Assembly: GCA_963823605.1 (NCBI GenBank)
Contig: CAWGMF010000007.1
Coordinates: 639-64,638, forward strand
Length of the DNA stretch: 64,000 bases
Reading direction: 5' to 3'
DNA from: an uncultured Alphaproteobacteria bacterium
GTDB taxonomy: Bacteria > Pseudomonadota > Alphaproteobacteria > Rhizobiales > Beijerinckiaceae
Made by a program: the position numbers and the translations under genes. Below, in pieces: positions 20,546-30,753 of the stretch; within the stretch, counting starts at the first letter, position 1; each line of letters begins with the position of its first letter. The notes beneath the pieces were generated by a model. It had not been told where the DNA came from. It saw only the letters and a list, made by a program, of their open reading frames with translations, and ran no database searches.

Positions 20546-21763
20546 GTGAGCCTCTCCTCTTCACGTATGGTGGTGCAACGCGGACGGTTGCACCGCGACA
20601 AAATAGTATTGGAGGTTGACGTGATTACCGCAAGTACCGCGGTTGATGCGGCGGGCGTGAACTTTGACACGCAAACCGTTCGACCTGAGGTTCGGAGAAC
20701 AAAATCGCTGGCACAACGCCTTCGGCGGCCCTTGTTGCTGGCTTTCCCGATCGTGCTGGTGGCTTTTGGGGCTGGCCAATACGTTGCGCAGGCGCCTTAT
20801 GTTTCGACGGACGACGCGTTTGTTCGTGTCGCAAAGGAATCCGTGAATGCTCGGGTTTCCGGCCAGGTTGCGGAAATCGCTGTCAGGGACAATCAGCGCG
20901 TTCGAAGGGGTCAGCTCTTGTTCCGCATCGATCCGGAACCCTACCAGATCGCGGTGGAACAGGCCGAGGCGGCGCTGTCGGGCGCGCGCCTGCGCATTGA
21001 CTCACTGAAGACGAAATATCTCCAGCAGCAGGCCGAGCTTCAATCGGCCAAGGATTCCGCCGCCTTCGACGAGAGGGAATTCAACCGCAAGCGCGCGCTG
21101 GTGGCTTCCGACTACACGCCCCAGGCCGTGTACGAGCGCGCCGAGACCGAATTCAAGGTCGCGCGCCAAAACATCGTTTCCGTCGAACAGCAGATCGCCA
21201 ACACCGTCGCTGCCCTGAATGGCGATCCGAATATTCAGGTGGATCGGCATCCGGACGTGCGAGTCGCTCAAGCGCAACTCGACCACGCGCGGCTTAACCT
21301 GTCTTACGCCGAGGTGCTGGCGCCTGACGACGGCGTCGTGACCAAGGTGGACGACCTGCAGGTCGGCGACTTCGTCAATCCCGGCGCGGCGCTTTTTGCT
21401 CTGCTGGCAGACCAGCGGATCTGGATCGAGGCAAACTTCCGCGAGACGGACCTGACCCACATGCGGCCCAATCAGACGGCGGCGATCCATGTCGACGCCT
21501 ATCCGAACCGCAGCTTCAGGGCGCACGTGGTCAGCATGAGCCCCGGCACGGGTTCCGACTTCGCGGTTCTGCCTCCCGAGAATGCGACCGGCAATTGGGT
21601 TAAGGTGGTCCAGCGGCTCCCGGTGCGCCTCGAACTCGATGAGGCCGATCCGGACAATCCCCTTTTCTCCGGATTCAGCGTCACGGCACGGGTCGACACC
21701 GGATACCGGGCCACGGCGTGGCGTCTCCTCAGGGATGCGTTCACGGGGGCTTTAGGCCGATGA
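20546..21763 (+). CDS. HlyD/EmrA-like membrane fusion protein
   Basis: STDDAFV, ANFRETDL, LPPENATGNWVKVVQRLPVR. True start may be slightly downstream. Confidence 0.9.
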   Translation: MSLSSSRMVVQRGRLHRDKIVLEVDVITASTAVDAAGVNFDTQTVRPEVRRTKSLAQRLRRPLLLAFPIVLVAFGAGQYVAQAPYVSTDDAFVRVAKESVNARVSGQVAEIAVRDNQRVRRGQLLFRIDPEPYQIAVEQAEAALSGARLRIDSLKTKYLQQQAELQSAKDSAAFDEREFNRKRALVASDYTPQAVYERAETEFKVARQNIVSVEQQIANTVAALNGDPNIQVDRHPDVRVAQAQLDHARLNLSYAEVLAPDDGVVTKVDDLQVGDFVNPGAALFALLADQRIWIEANFRETDLTHMRPNQTAAIHVDAYPNRSFRAHVVSMSPGTGSDFAVLPPENATGNWVKVVQRLPVRLELDEADPDNPLFSGFSVTARVDTGYRATAWRLLRDAFTGALGR

Positions 21764-23274
21764 ACGCCGCACCCGTATCCCATGGATCGGAAGACAGCCA
21801 TCGCGCGATGACGGTTGCGGCGCTCATGGCGATCTATCTCCAGGCAGTCAACATCTCGATCCCCAATGCGGCTCTGCCCCACCTGCAGGGTGCGCTGTCG
21901 ATGGCGAACGACGAGGTCGGCTGGATCTTTACGTCCTATATCGCGGCGGGCGTGGTCGTCATGCCGACGGCGGGCTGGGTCGCGGACCGTTACGGCCGCA
22001 GGTTTGTCTACCTGCTTGCCCTTGCGTGCTTTGCGTCCGGCCTGGTGATGGCGACGCTCGCGACAACACCTCTTCAATTCGTGTTTGCACGGGTCGTCCA
22101 GGGGAGCGCCGGCGGGTTGATGGGCCCGTTGTCCGTGGTGATCATGCTCGGCCTGCTTCCGCCGGCCCGACACGCCCGGTTCGGCTTCCTTGCCACGATC
22201 ACCGTCATGATCGGCATTTGCACCGGGCCGGCCATTGGCGGATGGCTCAGCGAATATCATGGCTGGCGCTCGATCTTCTATCTCAGCCTGCCGCCGACCG
22301 CCTTCATCGCGCTGACGGTCGGTCTTTCGCTCCCTGCCACGACTACGAAAGGGAAGGCGCACCTGGACGTCTTCGGCGTGGCGACCTTCTCGCTCGGCAT
22401 CGCTGGTCTCCAGATGCTGCTGGATCGCGGCGAGCGCCTCGAATGGTTTGCCTCGGGCGAGATCTGGGCCGAGGCATCGATGGCCTTCCTGGGCTTCTCT
22501 CTCTTCCTCACGCACATCCTCACCGCGGATGTGCATTTCCTTCACAAGGCATTGTTCAGAGATCCGAATTTCGTTCTTTCGGCGATCATGTTCTTCGCCT
22601 GTGGCTTCGTTCTTCTGCCAACCCTGGCCTTTACGTCACCGATGCTGGAGGAGGTCCTCAACTACCCGGTCGATACCACCGGATATATGACGATCCCCCG
22701 CGGCGTGGCGCTTGTGGGAGCCATGGTGCTGATGCGTTTCGTTCCGGCGTGGATCGACAACCGCTGCTCCGCACTCCTCGGCATGGCTCTCGTTGCTTAT
22801 GCCAATTGGCGGATGCTCGCCTACTCGCCTGCGATGGATTGGGCGCCGGTGGCCGAAACGGGCCTGCTCCAAGGCGCCGGCCTTGGGCTCGTGATGGAGG
22901 CGCTGGCGAAAGAGGCATTCAGCACCCTCGATCCCCAATTCCGTGCGGAAGGCACAGCGCTCTTCAACCTTTCGAGGCTCTACGGCGCGGCGATCGGCGT
23001 CGGGGTGCTCCAGCTCGTTTTCTACAGCAACTTCCAGGCCACGCACCTGGCGCTGGCAAAGGCTCTCACGCCTTACCGCGCCGAGAGCCGGATGGTGGGG
23101 ACGATAGCCGGTCGCGGCTTGGCTGCCCTCGACCAAACGATCACCGGCCAAGCCGCGATGATCGCGACAATCGACGAGTTCAAAGTCCTGATGATCGTCA
23201 TGCTGGTTGCGAATCCTCTCGCCCTGTTTCTTCGCAAGCCGAGCAGTGCGGGACAAATCATCCCGCAGACGTAG
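21760..23274 (+). CDS. DHA2-family MFS efflux permease (EmrB-like)
   Basis: WIFTSYI, GPAIGGWL, QMLLDRGERLEWF; ATGA overlap with the MFP gene. Confidence 0.9.
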   Translation: MNAAPVSHGSEDSHRAMTVAALMAIYLQAVNISIPNAALPHLQGALSMANDEVGWIFTSYIAAGVVVMPTAGWVADRYGRRFVYLLALACFASGLVMATLATTPLQFVFARVVQGSAGGLMGPLSVVIMLGLLPPARHARFGFLATITVMIGICTGPAIGGWLSEYHGWRSIFYLSLPPTAFIALTVGLSLPATTTKGKAHLDVFGVATFSLGIAGLQMLLDRGERLEWFASGEIWAEASMAFLGFSLFLTHILTADVHFLHKALFRDPNFVLSAIMFFACGFVLLPTLAFTSPMLEEVLNYPVDTTGYMTIPRGVALVGAMVLMRFVPAWIDNRCSALLGMALVAYANWRMLAYSPAMDWAPVAETGLLQGAGLGLVMEALAKEAFSTLDPQFRAEGTALFNLSRLYGAAIGVGVLQLVFYSNFQATHLALAKALTPYRAESRMVGTIAGRGLAALDQTITGQAAMIATIDEFKVLMIVMLVANPLALFLRKPSSAGQIIPQT

Positions 23275-23390
23275 ACGTTTCGAGTTTAGGGCAAGTGCTT
23301 CGGCACGACAATACATCGATTGGACCGGCGCAGTGCCGATGGCCTGCATCGATCCCGGTGATCGCGGACCTCTAGCCAAGGATTACGACA

Positions 23391-24338
23391 ATGACAGCTC
23401 CCGATACACTTCGCTATCTGAGGATCCCTTTGGCGCATTCGCGCGGCGCCCTGCCGGCGGTTGGATTCGGAACCCTGATCCCGGATCATGCGAAGACCAG
23501 ACAGGCCACACGGACCGCTTTGGAGGTGGGATTTCGACACTTCGATTGCGCCGAGCGTTACCGCAACGAGGATGCCGTCGGTGACGCGATGGAGGACGCC
23601 TTCGAGGCCGGCGCCGCGCAGCGGAGCGACGTTTTCATCACGACCAAGCTTTGGAACACCAATCACCGGCCTGAGCGTGTGAAGCCCGCCTTCGAGGCAA
23701 GCTGCCGGCGACTGAAGATCGATTACGTCGACTGCTATGTCATCCACACGCCTTTCGCTTTCCAGCCCGGCGACGAACAGGATCCAAGGGACGCCAACGG
23801 GCATGTCATCTACGACAGCGGCGTCACACTAATCGACACATGGCGTGCGCTCGAGAGCCTCGTCGACGAGGGTCGATGCCGGTCGATCGGCCTGTCGGAC
23901 ATCAAACTGGAGAAGCTGCGAGAGATCGTTGCCGCGGCGCGCATCCCGCCCGCCGTCGTGCAGGTCGAATCGCATCCCTATCTGCCTGAATGGGATCTGC
24001 TCGCGTTCTGCCAAAGCAAGGGGATCGTCATCCAGGCGTTCGCTCCGCTCGGGCATTCCTCGGAGCCGCGGATCGTCGACGATCCGGTGATCGTCAGGAT
24101 CGCGCAGCGCGTGCACAAGACGCCCGCGCAAGTCGCGCTGGCCTGGGCTGTGCAGCGCGGCACCGCGTTCCTGACCACCTCGACCAATCCCGATCACATC
24201 CGGGAGAATTTCGAGATCTCGAGCATCCCCGAAGACGCGCTCCTGGAGATCAAGGATCACATCTCGACCAGCGTCCGGTTCAACCCGGTCGTGGAGACGG
24301 GCGTGCCGGGCTTCATCCCTCGGAAGCATGCTGGCTGA
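23391..24338 (+). CDS. Aldo/keto reductase
   Basis: GFGT, HFDCAERY, TTKLW, SIGLS, QVESHPY. Confidence 0.92.
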   Translation: MTAPDTLRYLRIPLAHSRGALPAVGFGTLIPDHAKTRQATRTALEVGFRHFDCAERYRNEDAVGDAMEDAFEAGAAQRSDVFITTKLWNTNHRPERVKPAFEASCRRLKIDYVDCYVIHTPFAFQPGDEQDPRDANGHVIYDSGVTLIDTWRALESLVDEGRCRSIGLSDIKLEKLREIVAAARIPPAVVQVESHPYLPEWDLLAFCQSKGIVIQAFAPLGHSSEPRIVDDPVIVRIAQRVHKTPAQVALAWAVQRGTAFLTTSTNPDHIRENFEISSIPEDALLEIKDHISTSVRFNPVVETGVPGFIPRKHAG

Positions 24339-24452
24339 ATTGGTGGATGGATTCATCCTCTCTGCACGCGTCCGCACGGATAGGCTTCAAGCAGCCGGAA
24401 GTGTTGCGTGACTGCAGTTTTGCATTCCAACGCTTTAGAAGGAAGTCTTACA

Positions 24453-24911
24453 ATGATTTATGGCCTCGCGATCATCATTGGAATAGTCGCTGGACTGCGC
24501 GCTTTTTCAGCACCCGCAGCCGTAAGCTGGGCGGCTCGCCTCGGTGCGCTGCATCTCGGCGGTACATGGTTGGCCTTCTTGGCCTATGAATGGACGCCCT
24601 GGGTCTTCACGATCCTGGCCCTCGTCGAATACGTCACCGACCAGCTGCCCTCGACCCCGAGCCGAACGGTACCGGTCCAATTGGGGGCCCGGCTGGTTAG
24701 CGGCGCGTTCTCGGGTGCTGCCGTCGGCGCTTCCGGCGGCTCGTGGATTGTGGGCCTTGTGGCAGGCCTCATCGGTGCAGTCATGGGAACTTACGGCGGA
24801 GCGGCTGCGCGGGGTTGGATGGCGGCGGCTTTCGGGCGCGACCTGCCGGCGGGCCTTGTCGAGGACGGGGCGGTCGTGCTGCTCGGTGCGGCGATCTTGG
24901 GAGCGCTGTGA
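24453..24911 (+). CDS. DUF4126-like membrane protein
   Basis: GIVAGLRAF, EYVTDQLPSTPSRT; hydrophobic and Gly-rich. Confidence 0.75.
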   Translation: MIYGLAIIIGIVAGLRAFSAPAAVSWAARLGALHLGGTWLAFLAYEWTPWVFTILALVEYVTDQLPSTPSRTVPVQLGARLVSGAFSGAAVGASGGSWIVGLVAGLIGAVMGTYGGAAARGWMAAAFGRDLPAGLVEDGAVVLLGAAILGAL

Positions 24912-26296
24912 TGGCGAGCCGCTACGACGCCATCATCATCGGCACGGGGCAGGCCGGCCCGCCTCTAGCCGGGCGGTTGTCGGCTGCTGGCATGAGCGTT
25001 GCCATCGTCGAGCGGCACCTCGTCGGCGGGACTTGCGTCAACACTGGTTGCAAGCCCACCAAGACGCTCGTGGCCTCCGCCTATGCGGCTCACATGGCTC
25101 GGCGCGGCGCCGATTTCGGCGTGATCACCGGGCCGGTGAGCGTCGACATGGCCCGGGTCCACGCCCGGTCGCAAAAGATATCGGCCGAGAGCCGGGCCGG
25201 CGAGGAGGCGTGGCTGCGCAGCCTCCCGAAGGTCACGCTGCTCTTCGGCCATGCTCGTTTCGACGATGCAACCACGGTCCGGGTCGGCGACGAGCGGCTT
25301 ACCGCGCCGCGCATCTTCATCAACGTCGGTGGACGGGCGCTGATCCCCGACATGCCCGGTGTCGGCACCGTGCCGCTGCTCACCAACTCTTCCTTGCTCG
25401 ATCTCGCGACAGTGCCGGAGCACCTGGTCATCATCGGGGGCAGCTATATCGGGCTGGAGTTCGGCCAGATGTATCGCCGCTTCGGCGCCACCGTGACGAT
25501 CGTCGAGAAGGGGCCGCGGTTGATCGGTCGCGAAGACGAGCACGTGTCGCAGACTGTACGCGACATCCTGGAGGCGGAGGGCATCACCATTCGCACCAGT
25601 GCGGAGTGCATCCGCTTCGCTCCTCGGGCCGATGGCATTTCGATCGGCCTCGACTGCACACAGGGAGCGCCCACCATCCTAGGAAGCCACGTGCTTCTCG
25701 CCGTCGGCCGCGTGCCCAACACCCACGACCTCGGCCTGGACTTGGCCGGAATCGCGACCGACTCGCGTGGCTTCATCGCCGTGGACGACCGGCTTGCGAC
25801 GAGCGTCCCCGGCGTGTGGGCGCTGGGCGACTGCAATGGGCGGGGCGCCTTCACGCACACCAGCTACAACGATTTCGAGATCGTGGCCGCCAACCTGCTG
25901 GACGGTGCGAACCGTAAGGTGAGCGACCGCATCCCATGTTACGCCCTTTATATCGACCCGCCGCTCGGGCGCGTGGGCCTCAGCGCGGCCCAGGCCAAAG
26001 CGGCGGGCCGCCAAATCAAGGTCGGGCACCGTCCGATGAGCCGGGTGGGCCGTGCCGTCGAGAAGGACGAGCAGGCCGGCTTTATGGAAATCGTCGTTGA
26101 TGCCGGCAACGATGCCATCCTGGGCGGAACCATCCTCGGCACGGGCGGGGATGAGGCGATTCACAGCATCCTCGACATGATGGCCAACGGCGCGACGGCG
26201 ACGCGGCTGCACGAGACGATGCACATTCACCCGACGGTCTCGGAGCTGATCCCGACGATTGCCGGCGAATTGACGGCCCAAGCGTCGGGCGCCTGA
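24911..26296 (+). CDS. Pyridine nucleotide-disulfide oxidoreductase (RclA/MerA-like fold, no MerA Cys pair)
   Basis: GTGQAG, GGTCVNTGCKPTK redox disulfide, GGSYIGLE, HIHPTVSE. Confidence 0.9.
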   Translation: MASRYDAIIIGTGQAGPPLAGRLSAAGMSVAIVERHLVGGTCVNTGCKPTKTLVASAYAAHMARRGADFGVITGPVSVDMARVHARSQKISAESRAGEEAWLRSLPKVTLLFGHARFDDATTVRVGDERLTAPRIFINVGGRALIPDMPGVGTVPLLTNSSLLDLATVPEHLVIIGGSYIGLEFGQMYRRFGATVTIVEKGPRLIGREDEHVSQTVRDILEAEGITIRTSAECIRFAPRADGISIGLDCTQGAPTILGSHVLLAVGRVPNTHDLGLDLAGIATDSRGFIAVDDRLATSVPGVWALGDCNGRGAFTHTSYNDFEIVAANLLDGANRKVSDRIPCYALYIDPPLGRVGLSAAQAKAAGRQIKVGHRPMSRVGRAVEKDEQAGFMEIVVDAGNDAILGGTILGTGGDEAIHSILDMMANGATATRLHETMHIHPTVSELIPTIAGELTAQASGA

Positions 26297-26385
26297 AGCA
26301 GTCCCCCCGCAATGCGGGCCGTGCCGCTCTGGATCGCCTCGCACCCGGCGCGCAGCTTGGAGCGGGGGAATGCACCCGAACTGAA

Positions 26386-26766
26386 ATGAGGGCCTCGATG
26401 ACATTGCCTGTTCCGTCGCAGAATCTGCGGCTCAAGCGCGTTTATCTGCCGGCCGGCCCGGAGGACGGCGCGCGCATCCTGGTGGACCGGCTATGGCCGA
26501 GGGGTGTCAGCAAGGTGCGGGCGGCGCTGGCCCTCTGGGACAAGGACGTGTCGCCGACAACCGGATTGCGGCAGTGGTTTGGGCATGATCCGGCCCGCTG
26601 GGGGGAGTTCGGCGCGAGGTATCGGGCGGAGCTGCACGCCAACCCGGAGGCGGTCGAGGCGCTTCGTGCCTGGGCGCGGCAGGGCCGGATTACCCTGGTG
26701 TTTGGTGCGCGAGACGAATGCCACAATGAAGCTGTCGTATTGCGGGAGGTTCTCCTGGGCCGTTAG
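26386..26766 (+). CDS. DUF488/YeaO-family protein
   Basis: LKRVY...DGARILVDRLWPRGVSK, LRQWFGHDP. Confidence 0.88.
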   Translation: MRASMTLPVPSQNLRLKRVYLPAGPEDGARILVDRLWPRGVSKVRAALALWDKDVSPTTGLRQWFGHDPARWGEFGARYRAELHANPEAVEALRAWARQGRITLVFGARDECHNEAVVLREVLLGR

Positions 26767-27067
26767 CGGCCATGGTCGGTTTCCCTCGAAGGCTGCTCGG
26801 GGCCACGGGTCAGAACAGGGCATCGCGTGCGCCTTGTAAGCAGGGATGACGTCGATCCCTCGACCCCACGTGGAGCATGCCTCAGGATGTTCTCAGCCAA
26901 GCTCGCGCCCTGGCGGCTACGCCCTGAGGAACCGCCAAGCTGCCAGAACCAAGAACGCGCTCTGGAAAGCGCTTGGCAGGCCGTTGGCCTCAGCCCGAGC
27001 GAGTGCCTAATCTCACTTGCCAAACTCAGGCCGCGAGGTGGATGTATCGCCAAACGCTCCAATTGGC

Positions 27068-27120
27068 TCGCTCCGCTTTGGACTACGGCTCAGTGTCAAT
27101 CCGACGCCCGGGTTGGGCGC
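27068..27120 (+). repeat. 53-bp bipartite repeat, degenerate copy D
   Basis: Ungapped match to 16 of the 22 positions invariant in copies A-C. Confidence 0.6.
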
Positions 27121-27237
27121 AATTTAAACGTCTTCTCGTCGTCAATCTCAGGTAAAAGCCGCCAGTCCGGATTGTGCCCTCCTCGGATATTTACACGCGA
27201 GCCGCTGCTCGTCCAAAGCAGTCCGCGCTATAGAGCC

Positions 27238-27752
27238 CTACTCCATCCCGGTTGCGTCCAATCGAGCTTTTCGACGCAAGCTCTGCGGCGGCTGGCCGAA
27301 TGTGCGGACAAAGGCGCGACGCATGCGTTCGCGATCGGCGAAGCCCGTTTCCTTTATGACCTCGTTCACTGAATGGCGCCCCTCCTCCATCATGAATCTG
27401 GCGGCCTCCAGCCGCAGCTGTTGAACCGCCTTCGCTGGCGGCTGGCCAGTTTCGGCAAGAAAAGCGCGGCTGAACTGTCGGGGGCTGAGTCGGGCGACTG
27501 CTGCGAGATCCTCAACCGACAGCGTGCTCTGCAGGTTCTGTCTGATGTGGGTCAATACGGCCTGGATCCGGTCGGACTTCGGGGTCAGGTCAAGAAGTGC
27601 GGAATGCTGCTTCTGTCCACCCAACCTGCGCTGACTTAAGACAAGGAGCCTAGCGACCGACTTTGCGGCCTCGCTGCCCAGGTCTTGATCGATCATAGCG
27701 AGAACCAAGTCGAATCCAGCGGTCATGCCGGCCGACGTCCAGATTGGGCCGC
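27238..27752 (-). pseudogene. 5'-truncated GlxA-family (DJ-1 + AraC) regulator
   Basis: Homology starts abruptly at GPIWTSAGMTAG; intact AraC C-terminus (LSPRQFSRAF, GFADRERMRRAF); N-terminal half missing. Confidence 0.8.
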
Positions 27753-27838
27753 GGGCCAGGATCCTTCGGTCTTGTGCTTGTTTCTGAACTGGCTTCCGAT
27801 CCCCAGTTTGATGTGGTCCGTGCGAAGAACAGGCAGCG

Positions 27839-28590
27839 TCAAACCTGCGCCGATCCGCCATCGGCGAAGAGCTCGCTTCCCGTCACGAAGCTGCTGTCGT
27901 CAGAGGCCAGGAACAGCGCCGCGCGGGCCACTTCGTCGGGGTCGCCGAGACGGCCCGAGCGGCGTGGTCGACTCGACGAAGCTGACCATCTGCTTGTGCG
28001 CTTCGTCCGATGCGGCGAGGTTGTGCCAGCCCGGCGTCGAGGTGGAGCCGGGTACGAGGACGTTCACGCGGATCTTTCGCGGCGCCAGATCGAGGATCCA
28101 GGTGCGGGCGAAGTTGCGGATCGCCGCCTTGCTGGCGCTGTAGACGCTGAAGGCGGGCGTGCCCGTCGTGCCGGCCGTCGAGCCTGTCAGGATGATGGAG
28201 CCGCCGTCCTTGAGCAGCGGCAGCGCCTTCTGAACCGTGAACAGCGTTCCTTTCACGTTGGTCGCGAAGGTCTTGTCGAAATGCTCTTCGGTGATGGCGC
28301 CGAGCGGCGCGAACTCGCCGCCGCCTGCGTTGGCAAACAGAACGTCGATCGTGCCGGCCTCCTCGCGCACGATCGCGAACAGGCGATCCAGATCGGCGAG
28401 GTTCGAGACGTCGCTCTGAATGCCCCTGGCGTTGTGGCCGACGGTCGGCGACGGCGGCGTCGAGCTCCGGTTTGCGACGCCCGGTCATGAAGACGCGCGC
28501 CCCCTCTGCCGCGAACAGCTTCGCGGACGCCAGACCGATCCCGCTGTTGGCGCCGGTGATCACGGCGACTTTGCCCTGCAAACGACCCAT
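27839..28590 (-). CDS. SDR family oxidoreductase (frameshifts)
   Basis: [34 protein letters not shown]. Confidence 0.88.
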
Positions 28591-28639
28591 GACGATTGTC
28601 CTTCCAGTTTTGAAAACACGTGCGCGAGGTCTGTCGCGG

Positions 28640-29577
28640 TCAGGCCGACCGGCGAAAATGAAAGGCGCCGCGGTGGTGCTCGGCGAAGCCCACGCCTGGG
28701 TAGGCCCAATGGTAGCCAAGCAGCCGCGTGCGATCCGTCGCGGCGCGATCGAGAAGCTTGCCGCGCGTGCGGATCCCGAGTTCGGGGTCGGTGTCGTAGC
28801 CGAACCGCCAGTCCGGATGTTCGAAGGACACGATCTCGTTGTTGGCGGCATCGACAGTGATCAGCAGCCCCTCGCCGCCCGCCACCTCGAAAGAGAGATG
28901 CCCGGGCGTGTGCCCCGGCGTGGCGAGGGCGCGGAGACCCGTGACGATCTCGTCACCGGCCTGCAGCATCACGGCACGGTCGCGGACGGCGCCGAGGTCG
29001 CGCTGGGCGCCTCGTGCGAAGTCGTGCAGTGCTGGAGGCATGGTGGTGAGGAAGTCCGGATCGGTCCAGAAATCCCACTCGGCCGCCCCGACGTAGTAGG
29101 TGGCGTTCGGGAAGCGCAGCCGGCCGTTCTCGTCCAGCGTGGCCCAGATGTGATCGGGATGGGCATGCGAGAAGACGATCTTGGTGACCGTGCCCGGGTC
29201 GATCGCGGCGGCCGCGAGATTGTCGGCCAGCCTTGCCGTCCGAGGGCTGGTATCGGTGCCCTGCGCCGATATCGATCAGGATCAGATCCGTGCCGCTCCG
29301 CAGGGCCGGGATGTTGGCTTTGGGCCTGACCCCATCGCCGATCGTGTCCAGGCGCGGCAGGAGCGCGGCGCGTTCGTCCGGCGCTTCGCCCGTGAGCAGG
29401 ATGTCCTGCGGGATCGTGATGAAGCCGTCGCTGAGGATGGTAATGTCGAAGGCGCCTTGCCGGAAGCTGTAGGGCGCCGCGACACGGACTGCAGCTCTGC
29501 GAAGTCGTGGTGCCCGGGGTCGGGAGCGTGCTCTGCCCAGCGCTTCGCCGGTCTAGGGGAGGGTTGCTCATCAGCAT
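28640..29577 (-). CDS. MBL-fold metallo-hydrolase (frameshifts)
   Basis: [34 protein letters not shown] over several frames. Confidence 0.82.
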
Positions 29578-29645
29578 CGGCCTGTCCTTGTGTTCGATTG
29601 AAAGTGTCGCGTCCGGCCGCTGGGCGTTCAGCTTTGGTCGGCGGC

Positions 29646-30200
29646 CTACCCGAAGGCGCGCGCGATCTCGTCTTCGGTGAACCGTGGCGTGATATGCTGC
29701 GGGCAGTTCCAGTCGAAGGCCTGCACCTTGATCAGCACGGCGCGCTCGAGCAGAGCCGGATAGTCCTCGACCGCGAGGTTCCGGACCTTGTCTGGATCTG
29801 TCTCCATGTCGACGAGGCGGGCGTGGCCGAACATTTTGAGGCGCCGCCTATTCGCGTAGTCCATCAGAAAGAGCGAGACACGATCGTTGGCGGCCAGGTT
29901 TCCTGTCGTCACGTATTGGCGGTTGCCGCGAAAGTCGGCGAAGCCGATCTCGTCGTCGCCAAGCACGCGAAGGAAGCCGGGCGGCCCGCCGCGGAATTGG
30001 ACATAAGGCCAGCCTGTCTCGGATACGGACCCGATGTAGAAGCCGTCGCGCTGCGCGATGAACTGGGTTTCGGCGGGCCCAAGCCGCGCATTGACGTCGG
30101 GACCGGTCTCGCGGCGCGCATAGGCGGCCCGGCTGCCCAGCGCCTGCTGTGCGGCCTTCACAGACCCGGTGAAGGCGATGTCGGCGTATTTGTCGCTCAT
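29646..30200 (-). CDS. Pyridoxamine 5'-phosphate oxidase-like FMN-binding protein
   Basis: WPYVQFRGGPPGFL, DFRGNRQY, AFDWNCPQHITPRF. Confidence 0.88.
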   Translation of the reverse strand: MSDKYADIAFTGSVKAAQQALGSRAAYARRETGPDVNARLGPAETQFIAQRDGFYIGSVSETGWPYVQFRGGPPGFLRVLGDDEIGFADFRGNRQYVTTGNLAANDRVSLFLMDYANRRRLKMFGHARLVDMETDPDKVRNLAVEDYPALLERAVLIKVQAFDWNCPQHITPRFTEDEIARAFG

Positions 30201-30219
30201 CCCGACGTGCCCTCGGAAG

Positions 30220-30753
30220 TCATGGTGCCTGGCGCGTGAACACGTCGTCGTGCTCGCGGACATTGGCGCTGTGACAGGCGAAGCAGGTGCGATGCTGCGC
30301 CTCGTCCACGGGCACGCCGCCGACGAAGCGACCGAAACCCCAGCCGCCCGTTGCTTGGTAGCGTTTCGCGTCCTTGACCATGACCTGGATGGTGGTCGGC
30401 GGCCCCGGGACGAAGGCCGGAGCGAACTCGGAGGATTGCTGCCGTTTCCACGCCAGCTTCACGAGGATTGTGCCGTCGGGAAAAGGCAGCGTGCCCGCCT
30501 GATAGGCTTGGAGGGCCTGCCCGTTCCCGACCACGGCGCGCAGCTCGTCCAGCGTGCCCGCTTCCTGCGCGACCGCGATGAGCTGCCACGTGCGGTACCC
30601 CTGCGGGATTGTCACGCCGTAGATGGGCGAGACTGCACCAGCCTTCGCGCTCGAATTGGCGGCCGCTGCCGCGGCCACTACCGAGCCTGCTGTGACGAAA
30701 CAGGCGGCGGTGGCGATCCGCAGCTGCATCATCTCGCGGTTCCCGGCCATCAC
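30220..30753 (-). CDS. Cytochrome P460 family protein
   Basis: Signal peptide, IPQGYRTW, FPDGTILVK, MVKD, GGWGFGRF, C-terminal CFACH. Confidence 0.85.
   Translation of the reverse strand: MMAGNREMMQLRIATAACFVTAGSVVAAAAAANSSAKAGAVSPIYGVTIPQGYRTWQLIAVAQEAGTLDELRAVVGNGQALQAYQAGTLPFPDGTILVKLAWKRQQSSEFAPAFVPGPPTTIQVMVKDAKRYQATGGWGFGRFVGGVPVDEAQHRTCFACHSANVREHDDVFTRQAP

Noticed and set aside
24911-26296. Mercuric reductase merA
   Set aside because: No C-terminal Cys-Cys, no N-terminal metal-binding domain, no mer genes.
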